Part shown: positions 22,936 through 36,349 of the stretch, piece after piece | How positions within the stretch are numbered: the first letter of the stretch is position 1 | How the letters are laid out: each line of letters begins with the position of its first letter | DNA from: Octopus sinensis | Lineage: Eukaryota | Direction of reading: 5' to 3' | Assembly (NCBI RefSeq): GCF_006345805.1 | Contig: NC_043021.1 | Location: forward strand, 10,106,001-10,170,000 | Length of the DNA: 64,000 nucleotides | Program-made: the position numbers and the translations under genes | The notes under the pieces: generated by a model | Seen by the model: only the letters and a program-made list of their open reading frames with translations | Database searches by the model: none | Told to the model about the DNA's origin: nothing

Positions 22936-24819
22936 AAACTGTTTCTTATAAAAAAAATTAATTTTTTCTACGCAGGAGTGGCTGTGTGGTAAGTAGCTTG
23001 TTTACCAACCACATGGTTCCGGGTTCAGTCCCACTGCGTGGCACCTTGGGCAAGTGTCTTCTACTATAGCCTTGGGCCAACCAATGCCTTGTGAGTGGAT
23101 TTGGTAGACGAAAACTGAAAGAACCCCGTCATATATATGTATATATATCTGCGTGTGTGTGTTTACCCCCTAGCATTGCTTGACAACCGATGCTGGTGTG
23201 TTTATGTCCCCGTTACTTAGCGGTCCGGCAAAAGAGACCGATAGAATAAGTACTGGGCTTACAAAAGAATAAGTCCCGGGGTCGAGTTGCTCGATTAAAA
23301 GAGAGAGTAAAGAGTATGGAGACTTTTGAATCATCCTGTATATTATGAATATACTATATTCATTGCAGTATACAATTCAATTATGAATTAACCACAATAG
23401 ATAAGGGATACAGATCCCTTCTGAGTCATATAGACCCATTGGGCTAGTTTCCTGGTTACCATGGGAGTATATATTCCCTACAAGGATGGGACCCTAGACC
23501 ATCACAGAATTCCTCATTTGTACCAGCTGAATGGACTGGAGCAACGTGAAATGAAGTGCCTTGCTCAAGGGCATAATGCGTCACCTGGTCCAGGAATCGA
23601 AACCTGAACCACAATTTTTTCATCATGACTGCAACACCTGAACCACAGATGATGCAACAATGTTAATTGTACTTCCTATGCTTATCACATTTATACAAAT
23701 ATTCTTTTTTACTCTAGGCACAAGACCTGAAATTTTTGGGGAGGGGGGGGCCAGTCGATTAGACTAACCCCAGTACACAACTAGTACTTAATTTATTAAC
23801 CCTGAAAGGATGAAAGGCAAAGTTGACCTCAGCAGAATTTGAACTCAGAATGTGAAGACAGACAAAATACTTATTTCTTTACTGCCCACAAGGAGCTACA
23901 CACAGAGGGGACAAACAAGGACAGACAAATGGATTAAGTCGATTATATCGACCTCAGTGTGTAACTGGTACTTATTTAATTGACCCCAAAAGTATGAAAG
24001 GCAAAGTTGACCTCGGCGGAATTTGAACTCAGAACGTAGTGGCAGACGAAATACCACTAAACATTTCGCCCTGCGTGCTAACCTTTCTGCCAGTTTTCCA
24101 CCTTGTTGTTTGTTCCTTCACGAGCCATACCTGGCTCATAAGGGCCAGTTTCCTGGTTTCCTTGGCGTATAGGTTCCCCACCTGGACGGGACGCTAGTCC
24201 GTTGCAGGTAAGCTGCAAGAGGCAGGAGGAAAGAGTGAGAGAAAGTTGTGGCAAAAGAGTCAGCAGAAGTTAGCCATTACCTTCTGCTGGAGCCACATGG
24301 AGCTTTAGGTGTTTCACTCATAAACACTCACATCGCCCAGTCTGAGATTTGAACCCACGACAATCATGATGGTAACATGTAAAAGGCACTCGTGTCGGAG
24401 ACATGTAGTAGGCGCCTGTGCCGGTGACACATAAAAGGCACCTGCGTTGGTGACATGTGAAAGGCACTCATGCTGGTGGCACATAAAAGACATCTGGTAC
24501 ACTCTGTTGAGTGGTCTGCGTTAGGAAAAGCAACCAGTCATAGAAATCAAGCCAAAACAGACTGGAGCTTGGTACAGTTCCAATCAAACTGTCTTACCCA
24601 TGCCAACATAAAAAACAGATGCTAAATGATCATGATGATGATCATGATGATGATGATAATCACACACAAATATACTGATGCACAAATGTATATACCTAGG
24701 TACATGTACGTACGTGGTAACAGACACACACACACACGCTCCATGAGGTACATCACTGTTAGTTGTAGCAAGGCGTCTTTCAGCAAAAATGAGAGAGGGA
24801 TCGGTAGTGAGGTTGGTTG

Positions 24820-24967
24820 GTAAAAGATAAAGAAATACAGACAGACAGACAGACACATGGGTAAACAGACAGACAGACTAACAGATGGTTGGACAGATAG
24901 ACAGTTAGATAAACAGAAAGCTAACTTGTTAGAAAGAAAGAAAGATAGACTGACGGACATAGATAGG

Positions 24968-24999
<32 letters not shown>

Positions 25000-25070
25000 C
25001 AGGTAGACAGATAGATTGATACATAGAGAGATAGATAGATTGATAGTTAGATAGACAGACAGCTTGGTGG
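24820..25070. repeat. (GACA)n/(GATA)n tetranucleotide microsatellite
   Basis: Direct reading. Confidence 0.9.
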
Positions 25071-25228
25071 GTTGGCAAGCAGGTATGCAGGGTACATTGG
25101 AAGGTATGTAGATATTTAGCTCACTACTTTATATTAGCGATCACACACACACACACATACACACACTTGCATGCATACACACATACACATATGTACACTT
25201 ACGTAAAAGTAATTCTTCAAGAATGAAG

Positions 25229-25344
<116 letters not shown>

Positions 25345-25787
25345 ACACACACACACATACATATATATGTATATATAAAACATAAAATGGTAAATGGCTG
25401 CAGACGATAAACTGAGGAATTCAGAGAGTTAGATAAACAAAAAGGAAGCAATGTTTTTCTTCTAAGGCCTCAGCTATTTGCTGGTGCAATCTTATTTTAA
25501 AGAAAATAAGAATATTTTCTTAATTAAAGAAGAAAGAAAGAAAGAAAAAAAAGGAAGATGAAAACATTAACATTAAAAGAAATGAAAGAAAGAAAGAAGG
25601 AAGGAAAACTAGGAAGTAAGATGGCTTCAGACAAAATAGTCATGAAAGGAGGTGGGGACTGGAAGTGTGTAACTTGGAGAGAAAATATTTTTTAAAAGTG
25701 TGTACCTGTAGCTTGAATGTTGTGTTATCTAGGTGAAGTGAACTTTTACTTGGCAGGAACAAATTATCTTCGTCATTTGCTACTTTC

Positions 25788-26055
25788 ATCATCATCATCA
25801 TCATCCTCATCATCATTATCATCCTCATCATCATCATCGTCGTCGTTGTCATCATTATCATCATAATCATCATCATCATCATCACCATTATCATCAATCG
25901 TCGTTGCCACTTTCATCATTATCATCATCATCATTAGTTGTCATTGCCACTTTCGTCATCATCGTTGTCGTCATCTTCATCATCATTGCCACTATTGTCA
26001 TTGTCATCGTCATCATTGTCATCATCATCATCATCGTCATCATCATCATCATCGT
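25788..26055. repeat. (CAT)n/(CGT)n trinucleotide tract merging with an RTE 3' tail
   Basis: Direct reading. Runs into gtttaacgtccgctttccatgctagc (RTE 3' end, minus strand). Confidence 0.9.
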
Positions 26056-26663
26056 TTAACGTCCGCTTTCCATGCTAGCATGGGTTGGATGATTTGACTG
26101 AGGACTGGTGAACCAAATGGTTGCACCAGGCTTCAATCTTGATCTGGCATAGTTTCTACAGCTGGATGTTCTTCTTAATGCTAACCACTCCGAGAGTGTA
26201 GTGGGTGCTTTTATGTGCCACTGGCATGGGGGCCAGTCAGGCAGTACTGGCAACGACCTCGCTCGAATCTTTTTACACATGCAACCAGTACAGGGGCCAG
26301 TAAGGTGATACTGGTAACGATCATGCTTGAATGGTGCCTCTTACGTGTCACCGGCATGGAGGCCAGTTATCCACTCTGGCAATGATCACACTCGGATGGT
26401 GCTCTTAGCACCCTACTAACATGGGGCTCAAGTGCCAGTAAGGTGACACTGGTATCGATCACACTTGAATGGTGCCTTTTAAGTGCCACTGGCACGGAAG
26501 TCAGTTAGCCACTCACAACAAATCACAGCACATACCCAAGGCACACAACTGCGCTTGGTAGTGAAGTGAAAGCACGCTATAAAAATAAAACTACTGAATA
26601 ATAATAATAATAACATCGACAAATACCTTAGGAATGAGAACCCAGGTTCGAAATTTCCCCCAA

Positions 26664-26709
26664 GACACCTGATGAAGGCTGGAGTGTATATCAACCGAAA
26701 CGTTGTGTT
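26664..26709 (+). ncRNA. Minimal type-I hammerhead ribozyme motif (family E, best-preserved core)
   Basis: Stem I GACAC/GUGUU, CUGAUGA, extra A, stem II GGCUG/CAACC (one mismatch), GAAA, palindromic ACGU, GUU triplet (cleavage after 26704). Confidence 0.7.
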
Positions 26710-27119
26710 AACAACAAACAAGACGAGGACAAATATCCATCAATTGTAAACAATGTAAACAATCTAAATAATGTACAAATATGGCGGATTTAAATGCTAA
26801 AGGATTAAGCTTAACCATTTCAGAATTTGCATAATCTGTGATGATGATGATGTTGGTACTCATCTGTGATTTTTGTAAAGTGGACTAAAGACAAATTTTC
26901 CCTTTTTTTTTTTACTTTTATTCTTTTGTTTATTTTAGGCATTTGACTGTGGCCATGCTGGAGCTCTGTCTTTTAGTCAAAGAAATTGACCTCAGGATTA
27001 ATTCTTTTGGTCTCTTTTGCTGAACCACTAAGTTACGGTTACATAAACACACCAACATCAGTTGTCAAGCGATGGTTAGTGGGAGGACAAACACAGACAC
27101 AAAGCAACACACATAAATG

Positions 27120-27151
<32 letters not shown>

Positions 27152-27687
27152 CACGATGGCAGCTTCTTTCAGTTTCTGTCAATCAAATCCACTCACAAGG
27201 CTTTGGTTGGCCTGAGGCTATAGTAGAAGACACTTGCCCAAGGTGCCATGCAGTGGGACTGAACCTGGAACCATGTGGTTGGGAAGCAAGCCCCTTACCA
27301 CACAGCCATGCCAGCACCTGGTCAGTGTCAGACACATTTCTCATATTCTTCTACAAGAAGAGCTGTACTGCAACCAATTGACCAATTTACAATTCTAAGT
27401 GGTTTGACCAGATTGAGGTCAAACCACTGAGAAGTCAAGCCACTGATGTTTTGCAGCTTACAAGAAACAGCAGCCAAATTTCTCTCAAAATCATATCCTT
27501 CCATCTTGAAAAAGTATGTCGTAAAAATTTTTTAAATGTGGTAAGTAGCTTGCTTACCAACTACATGGTTCCGGGTTCAGTCCCACTGTGTGGCACCTTG
27601 GGCAAGTGTTTCAACTATATAGCCTCGGGCCGAACAAAATCTTGCGAGTGGATTTGGTACTCGGAAACTGAAAGAAGCCTGTTATAT

Positions 27688-27747
<60 letters not shown>

Positions 27748-28576
27748 TACATATGTGTGTGTGTGTGTATGTTTGTCCCCTGCAACATTGCTTGATGACA
27801 AATGCTGGTGTGTTTATGTCCCCGTAACTTAGCGGTTCAGCAAAAGGGACTGATAGAATAAGTACTAGGCTTACAAAGAATAAGTCTTGGGGTTGACTTG
27901 CTCAACTAAAGGCAGTGCTCTAGCATGGTCGCAGTCAAATGACTGAAACAAGTAAAAAGAATAAAACATGTATTCCTAAATACACCAAGTGGCAAACTAG
28001 CAGATTAGTTAGAGTGCCTTGTGGTTTTTATTCTGAATCTTTGCACTCCTCGTTATTATCATCATTTAACATCTGTTCTCCATTCTAGTACAGGTAGGAT
28101 GGTTCCAGAGGAACTGGCAAGGCAGAAGATTGTACCAAACTCTGCTGTCTGCTTTTGGCATAGTTTCTATGGATAGGCACCATTTCAAATGTCAACCGTT
28201 TTACAGAGTATTCTGGGTGCTTTTTATGTGGCACCAGCACCAGTGGGGTGACCAAGAAACTTGCAAAACAAGACTCTTCAACTGAATGGGAAAATAGTAT
28301 TGAGGGAGAGGGAAAAATGTCTGCTGAGGTCAAATTTGTCTTTCACTATTATGGAAGAAACTATCAATTTGGGGTAGTGGGGCGGTGAAACTATTAAAAC
28401 ATTGAGTGGGATACCTTGTGGTATTTGTTCAAGGTGCCCTTGTTCTAACAGCAATACTAATGGTGACTCTGTTTCCAAGCTGTCTTGGCCTTGCCTATCC
28501 CTTCAGCATTGTCAACAGTGAAGAAAGGGATGACTTTCATGTAAGTGTAACTGCTGCTCTCTCTCTTTCTCTCTCT

Positions 28577-28620
<44 letters not shown>

Positions 28621-28659
28621 CCTCACACACACACTGAAACACACTGAAACACAATCCTA

Positions 28660-29910
28660 TATGGAAAAGAAGGTTATGGAAGCTCAAGGGTCCTTCAAAT
28701 GGGCAGAAATTTAGAGACATCTTTAATGAAACCTTTGATAGGAAGGCGGTAAAGATGGAGGCACGACATAGAGGACAACTGGAAGTTCTTAAGAGGCAAT
28801 CTACTGAGAGTGACAGACCAAATTTGTGGTTGGAGCCAAGCTTCTGACAGACCAAGTGTAACATGGTAGTGGAAAAGTGAGGTTAAAAGACCTATAAAAG
28901 AGAAGAGACAGGCTTGGAAAGAGTGGAAGCATGGGGGTAGCAAAGAACCATATCAGGTAGCTAAGAGAGAAGCTAGGCATCAGGTTTATCAAGGTAGGGA
29001 ACAAATAGAAAGGAAGAGGTTTAATAATGTCTTACAACATGAAGATCAGAGACTTGAGGTGTTCTGGATTGTCAGAAAGTGTGTTATAGAGAATCGAGAT
29101 GTTGTGGGAGAAAAGTGTACAAATGGATAATACATTTGCTCCTAGTGATCTTGAAAAGAAAGAGGTATGGAAGAGCTACTATGAAAGGGTATTAAATATG
29201 GAGAATGACTGGGAGAAAGGAAATTTTCCCCAATGGAACCCAACAGAGAGACCAGCTATTGTAGTTGACAGCAGCATCACCGATAAAGCAATTAAAGATA
29301 TGAAGACATGGAAAGCCCTTGATTAAACAGGAGTCACTACTGAGATGCTTAAGATATCTCATAGAGTTGGGTATGGTCTAGCCATCTGCATAGTTAATCA
29401 GGTTATTCAGGAAGGCATAATGCCCAGTGACTAATGTAGCAGCATCAGAGTTGGCTGCTAAAATGGCAAGAGAGATGCCTCAGTTAGAAGTAATTATAGA
29501 GGCATCAAATTCCTGGACCAGGTGATGAAAGTTGCAAAGAGAGTTGTAGCCCAATTAATTCGGAAAAGAATTAGACTTGATGAAATGTAGTTTGGCCTTG
29601 TTCTGGGGAGAAGCATCACGGATGCTATTTTCATAGTCAGGCAATTGTAAGAAAAATATTTAGCTTAGAAGAATCTGTTGTATTTGGCATCTGTTGGTTT
29701 GGAGAAGGCTTCCAACAGAGTACCTTGTTCTGTTCCTCTCTGAGGAAGCTAGGGGTAGACAAATGGCTCATGAAAACAATGCAAGTGACAAATTTAGTGT
29801 ACAAGTAGGTGGTCGACATGATTCATTCCTCAGCCCCCTCCTATTCATCATTGTCCTTCATGCCATAACAGGCAAATTTAAGACTGGAAGCCCACAGGAA
29901 TTACTACATG
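28660..29910 (+). mobile_element. Decayed RTE-clade LINE fragment
   Basis: Homologous to 3700-4760 and to 52772 onward (e.g. gatgctattttcatagtcaggcaa, VGLEKASNRVP). Many stops. Confidence 0.8.
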
Positions 29911-30199
29911 CACTGGTGCTGGTGCCACACAAAAAATACTGGTGATGGTACTGCTAGGCGGTGAGCTGGCAGAAACGTTAGCACACCGGGCGAAATGCTT
30001 AGCGGTATTTTGTCTGCGTTACGTTGTGAGTTCAAATTCTGCCAAGGTCGACTTTGCCTTTCATCCTTTCGGGGTCGATAAATTAAGTACCAGTTACGCA
30101 CTGGAGTCGATGTAATCGATTTAATACCTATGTCTGTCCTTGTTTGTCCCCTCTGTGTTTAGCCTCTTGTGGGCAATAAAGAAATAGGTACTGCTATAA

Positions 30200-30450
30200 T
30201 TTTATATATGTCTGGTGGAGATGAATTGCTGCTATCTCAAGCAGCTGGATGTCCATCACCGATAAGGTCACAGAAGGCTGAAATCATGTGATCTGGTACA
30301 CCAGTCACTTGGGAATCTGCCTTCCTGAATAACCTGATTAACTTCATGGGTGACTAGACTGTACCCAACTCTACCAAATATCTTGAGCATCTCAGCAATG
30401 ACTTCTGATGGACCAGGGTCTTTCCTTGTCTTCATATCTTTAATTACTCA
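30200..30450 (-). mobile_element. RTE-clade LINE fragment
   Basis: Minus strand aattaaagatatgaagacaaggaaagaccctggtccatcag... is homologous to about 29290-29420. Confidence 0.7.
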
Positions 30451-30884
30451 TGTGTGTGTGTGTCTGTGTGTGAGTGAGTGTGTATATGTACTGGTGTGTG
30501 TGTGTGTGTGTGTGTGCATGTGTGTATGTGCACGTGTGTGTATGTGTATGTGTGTGTGTGCATGTTTGTATGTGTGTATAACTCTCTCTTCCCTTTTCTT
30601 TACTTTCTTTTTTTTTTTTGCTCTCTCTTCTTTCCTCAAACCCCTTATACTATTCTTGATAACTTACTGTACTTAAACACTTCATCCCAAAGTAAATTTT
30701 GCATTATTTGATTCTCTGTCTGAAGAATTTCCAATAGGAGATCTCTCACATGTTCATGTAACATGTAAAACTTTGTAATTCCTATTAACAAATGAAACAT
30801 ATGTAACGGTAAATAACTAACGCCAATAAATTTTCCAGCTTTCTGTAATCTATATGTGTATGTATGTTTATATATATATACATA

Positions 30885-31171
30885 CATATATCACAGATGT
30901 TGCTACATCAGATGTTGCTACACGTCGCTGGTCACAATGCGTTCGCATTGCTTTAGCCTTCGAATGACGCCACCCCGCTGGCTAAGCGAGCAGGCCAACA
31001 GAAGAAAGAGTAGGAGAAAGAGTACAGCAGGGATCACTACCCCCTGCCGGAGCCTCGTGGAGCTTTTAGGTGTTTTCGCTCAATAAACTCACACATCGCC
31101 CGGTCTGGGAATCAAAACCGCGATCCTATGACCGCGAGTCCGCTGCCCTAACCACTGGGCCATTGCGCCTC

Positions 31172-31172
<1 letters not shown>
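30885..31172 (-). mobile_element. SINE family C (tRNA-like head TGGCCCAGTGG...GATTCCCAGACCGGGCG)
   Basis: A/B-box-like head. Related copies at about 24110-24370, 49505-49712 and 59425-59535. Confidence 0.75.
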
Positions 31173-31204
<32 letters not shown>

Positions 31205-31329
31205 GTATATTTATATATAATTTTTTTAGAAAAACATAAAAACAGAGAAGAACCACACTCTAAGAAGTAGAACAGTCTATATTTATTATTGATGAAGGCC
31301 TGTTTATAGGGTTGTCTTGGTTGATACAT

Positions 31330-31860
31330 GCTTGCATGTGTATGGAGGGGAGAAAATCAGGTGTAGTGTTGGCGAATCTCAGGAAGCATGGAAGTTTCGA
31401 AGGATGCAGTGCTCCAACAACTAACAACTGATGCCGGCAGTTTGTTCCATGCTTCAGCAACTCTTAGCGTGAAAAAATGTTTCCGAAAGTCATGGGAGCT
31501 GTGCTGTTTTCTGACTTTGTAAACATATCCACGGGTGTTAGACAGGTAGAGTTTGAAAAGGTGCTCAGAGTTATTGTTAGTAAGATGGTTAATAATTTTA
31601 TGGGTGTCTGCCAAGTCAGCTGCCAGACGTCAGAGTTTCAATGTATCCATGCCCAGGGAAGTAAGGCGTTCAGAATATGGCAAATGCCTGATGGAGGGTA
31701 TTCTCTTGGTTGGACGTCACTGAACGGTTTCCAGATGATTAATATCCTGGGCAAGATAGGGGTTCCAGACCAGTGATGCAAATTTCAGGTAGCCACACAG
31801 CTCAAAGTATTGTGTTTAGTAAATTAGGGTTTTAGTTATTTTGCAATGTCTAACAGAAGG
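31330..31860 (-). mobile_element. CR1-clade LINE 3' fragment (second family)
   Basis: FASLVWNPYLAQDINHLETVQ...YSERLTSLG...TRGYVYKVRKQHSSHDFRKHFFTLRVAEAWNKLPASVV. Confidence 0.85.
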
Positions 31861-31869
31861 GTGGAAAGA

Positions 31870-32445
31870 ATTTAGCTTTCTTAATTCATATGTATTAAAT
31901 GCTGCTATTATTGCTTCTAAACTGGGAGTTGTGGAAAGGCTTTCAGAATGAAAGTTTCAATGTTGTTAGCATAGGGTGGGTTGTACCAACATATTTGGTG
32001 TTTCTTGTGTTTGTTGTTGTTTGTAACTGTACTGGTGGTCCCAGGGTTTAGTGTCTTTGTAGGAAGCTAAGGGTTCTGGAGTTCTTCATGAGTTTCTTGT
32101 CCATCTTTCCTATTATTTGATCAAAGATTATAGTAGTTGTTATGTGTATATTTAGCATGATTAATTCTAGAATTGTAGAATTTAGTAGATCTATTCAATG
32201 TATTGCTATCACTAGTATGCGGATTATTAGTACTCATGACCTATTTAAGTTTGGTGCTATTATAGTTTGATATTGTTTGATTGTAGCAACTCCTTTTAAG
32301 GGCTTGGTTGTAATATTTAGCATGGTTTTGGAAGATGGTTTGGTTAGCAGAAAGGTTAGAAACTCAATTAGATATGCTTTTGATAATGCTCTTCCTAACT
32401 GAAAGTGGATGGTTAGAGGATCTATGGATATAATGTAAGATTTCA
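31870..32445 (-). mobile_element. Penelope-like element (PLE) RT C-terminal/linker fossil
   Basis: HYIHRSSNHPLSVRKSIIKSISN*VSNLSANQTIFQNHAKYYNQALKRS and WYNPPY resemble the YIH..SNHP and W.NPP motifs of PLE ORFs. Confidence 0.7.
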
Positions 32446-34275
32446 TTTTATATATATGTATGTGTGTGTGTGTGTATATTTATATATACATATATATATG
32501 TAGATATAGATATATTGATAGATACATAGAAAGATATATATATGCATACATATATCCGTAGACATATATGCATGCATGTGTGTGTTGGTATGTATTATCA
32601 TCATCATCATCATTTAACATATGCTTTCCATGCTGGCATGGGTTGGATAATTTGACCGGAGCTGGTAAGGCCAGAGGCTGCACCAGAATCCATTGTCTGT
32701 TCTGGTCTGGTTTCAACAGCTGAATGCCCTTCCTAATGCCAACCACTCCACAGAGTATACTAGGTGCTTTTTATTTGGCACCAGCACCAGTGCTTTTAAT
32801 GTAGCCCTCTGCCTCCACTGCTTGACAACTGAAGTGGACTTGTTTGCGTCTCTGTAACCTAGCAGTTCTGTAAAAAAGACTAATAGAATGGATACAAGGC
32901 TTGAAAAAATATATATGTATTGGGGTGGATTTGTTTGCCTAAACCTTTCGAGACTGTCCAAACAATGCTGCAGTCCAATGTCTGAAAGAAGAAAAATATA
33001 TATAAAGGAAGACAAATGGAATGGAAACAAAGAAAAAAAAGGAAAAAAGCAAAAACAAAGCACCATTGCGGAACCTGAATAACAACAAGTGTTGAACATT
33101 AGAAAAGTCATTCATATTTATACTGTTTCACTTAAATTGTATTTATAAAGTACATGTGTTTCTCCTTTCTTCTGTAAGCACAAGACTTGAACTTTTATGG
33201 GAGGTCAATAGTGGATTACACTGAGCAACTATAGCAAATGGTTTTTATACATGATTCTGATGAGTCAACAGGTACTTAATTTATCAACCCAGAAACGATA
33301 AAAGGCAAAGTTGACCATGGCAGGTTTAGAACTCAAAAAGTGAAGAGTTGGAAGAAATGGTGCAACAATGCACTAAGGAAGTCTCTTTGCCTGAAAATCC
33401 TAGCTTTTCCAGATTGTCACCTCAACATTCAGTAACATAATCTAGTGCATTCATCATCATCATAATCATCAACAACAACATTTAAAGTTCGTTTTCCACG
33501 GTGGAATAGGGTGGATGACTTGACAGCAACTGGCAAGGCCAGGGGGTCACACCATGTCTCATTGTCTGTTTTGGTTTGATTTCTACAGCTGGATGTCTTT
33601 CCTAATGCCAACCACTTTATTGAGTATAGTGGGTGTTTTTTTACATGGCATCATCACCAGTGATTTTTATGTAGTACCAGCACCAGTGCTTTTTATGTGA
33701 CAACAGCACCCACACCAATGCTTTTTACATGGTACCTTCATTTTGTATATATGTTTAAAAGTGTAGTCTGAAGATCTGTGTCTCGGTTGCCGAAATTTTG
33801 CAATGGGGACATACTCTTTACTCTTTTACTTGTTTCAGTCATTTGACTTTGGCCATGCTGGAGCACCACCTTTAATCGAGTAACTCGACCCTGGGACTTA
33901 TTCTTTGTTAACCTAGTACTTATTCTATCGGTCTTTTTTGCTGAACTGCTAAGTGACGAGGACATAAACACACCAGCATCGGTTCTCAAGCAATACTAGG
34001 GGGACAAACACACTTGCACATATATGTATATACACATATATATGACGGGCTACTTTCAGTTTCCGTCTACCAAATCCACTCACAAGACTTTGGTCGGCCC
34101 AAGGCTATAGTAGAAGACACTTGCCCAAGGTGCCACGCAGTGGGACTGAACCCGGAACCATGTGGTTGGTAAGCAAGCTACTTACCACACAGCCACTCCT
34201 GCGCCTAAGAGACAATCACTCCTGCGCCAAAGAGACAATCATTGGCTATATAACATTTCTGAAGTTTGTTCTTAA

Positions 34276-34495
34276 GCCTTTCGTTACTGTATTTATTTTG
34301 AGATGCTCTGTATTTCTTTCAGTTAATTTTAAATATAAGAAAGAGTTTAGTAAAATAACTTAGTTATCATTCAGTTAGTGTTAGGAACATATTGTGATTA
34401 AGGTTTGGTGGGAGATTTTAATTCAAAACTTATGAAAACAAGTCCTTTGTACTACAGAGCCAGAGGCAGTTTCAGCCGGGTTGGTAAAAAAAGGG
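34276..34495. mobile_element. piggyBac-type MITE family F (TTAA-flanked, CCCTTTCGTTAC termini)
   Basis: TTAA|(G)CCTTTCGTTAC...GGTAAAAAAAGGG|TTAA. Other copies at 45829-46046, 51499-51703 and 62744-62964. Confidence 0.85.
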
Positions 34496-36040
34496 TTAAG
34501 TTCGTGGCAGAAGAAAACAAAGGATATTGTATAACTTTAAGGAATGCAATAGAAACTAGGAAAAGTTATTGATTAAGAAAATAATTTAGAGTAATTATGT
34601 ATATTGACTAATGGAAGAAGGGAAGGCAATGAGTTAGCAGAGTTGTTAGTTTGAAGGTGGAGAGCTGGCAGAATCGTTAGCACACTGGGCGAAATGCTGA
34701 GCGGTATTTCATCTGCTGTTACGGTCTGAGTTCAAATTCCGCCGAGGTCGACTATGCCTTTCTTCCTTTCGGGGTTGATAAATTAAGTTCCAGTTACGCA
34801 CTGGGGTTGATGTAATCGTCTTAGTCCCTTTGTCTGTCCCCTGTGTTTGGCCTCTTGTGGAAATAGAGATTTCATTTGCTATTACATTCTGAGCTCAAAT
34901 TCTGCCGAGGTCAATTTTGCCTTTCATCCTTTCAGATGTAATCGACTTAACCCCTTTGTCTGTCCTTGTTTGTCCCTTCTATGTTTAGCCCCTTGTGGGC
35001 AATAAAGAAATAAGAATTGTTAGTTTGATGAGCAAAATGCATAGTGGTATTTCTTTTTGCTTTTTACAGTTTGAGTTGAAAATTCTCCCAAGGTCAACTT
35101 TTCTTTTTATTCTTTTGGAGTTGATAAAATATGTAACACTGGAGCACAGAAGTCAATGTAATTGAACTGCCTTTATCATCAAAATTTCAGGCATTGTGCC
35201 AACAGTATATAAAAAAAAAAAATTGATGGAGGAAGGGAATAATGGTTTTAAAAAAATTATGTCTTTTGCCAGCAATAATAACTGTAAAACTAAAATGTTA
35301 TTTTATTTACATTTTTTAAAACTGATTTTTACGAAGTATGACGAAGTATCTTCTGAATTGCTTGGATGCAAGAATTCTGAATGAATCAACTTTCTTATTT
35401 ATCCAAAATATAATGAATTCAGGTCATGTATTTATGTAAACCAGGGCAAGGCTATATTCGCCTGCTAGATTTCAAATATATGAATTATTTCAGAAAATCA
35501 ACATCTAATTGGGAAAATGTATTTTTTAAAATTTCAAGTGGACCTTCCATAGGTATCTCTCTTTCGTTTTCAAGTATGATGCTTCCATACTAGCATCTAC
35601 CCTCTTTGTCGTTTAATCAGCAGATTTAGTTTCGTAGAAAAGCTTTGTCTCTCTCTCTTTTAAAATATTACGTTTTCTAATGTATGTATAAGGCTACAGA
35701 TTTCGGGATGGAAAGATTTAACCGTCTAATTAATCGATCATGTACTCTATTTTATCGCTACACCACCACTAACAGAAACAAGAAAAATCTAAGTCGACCT
35801 CGGTAAGGTTTGAATACAGATCGTAAAGGGACATAACCCCAAAACTGATCGCTTCTTTAAAAAATTTAGTTAATTTTTTTTCCTATTGTAATAAAATATA
35901 CATATTCTAGTTACCCAATTGAAAGTAAATCATATTATTCTAAATTCAGCTTTAATAAAATACCTCCTATTATATATATATATATTTTGTTGGGAATACG
36001 TAAAAAAAATTTTCGTGCTAGCTTAAGATGTGTCAGTGAG

Positions 36041-36050
36041 GCGCATGCGC
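36041..36050. promoter_or_regulatory. NRF1-type palindrome GCGCATGCGC, probable GMPS housekeeping promoter
   Basis: Exact palindrome at the start of a locally GC-richer, CpG-retaining segment that ends in a strong splice donor. Confidence 0.6.
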
Positions 36051-36060
36051 AGTGGGATAC

Positions 36061-36211
36061 ATGTGCTTTTTCCGCGAAATTCTCAGGTTGTGGTTTCCCT
36101 GTTATTATTATTGTTGTTGCTGTTGTTGTGGTCGTTCTACATACACTGCTTCACCTTCGGCCCCTGCTTCAGCCCCTACTGGGACCACTGGACCTGTGGC
36201 CACGGCACCAG
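36061..36211 (+). CDS. GMPS: Putative first exon of GMPS (5' UTR or in-frame N-terminal extension)
   Basis: CAG|GTGAG donor at 36211/36212. The ORF from ATG 36061 stays open and joins exon 49277 in frame (G+AT=Asp, Phe, Arg, Met). Linkage across 13 kb is inferred. Confidence 0.45.
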
Positions 36212-36313
36212 GTGAGCTTCAGTTGTCTTAGCTGCTTCTTTGTAGTTTATATTTATATGTGTATATTTATATATATCTATGTGTGTGTAGCCTGGTAGAG
36301 ATGTGTGTATAAG

Positions 36314-36349
<36 letters not shown>

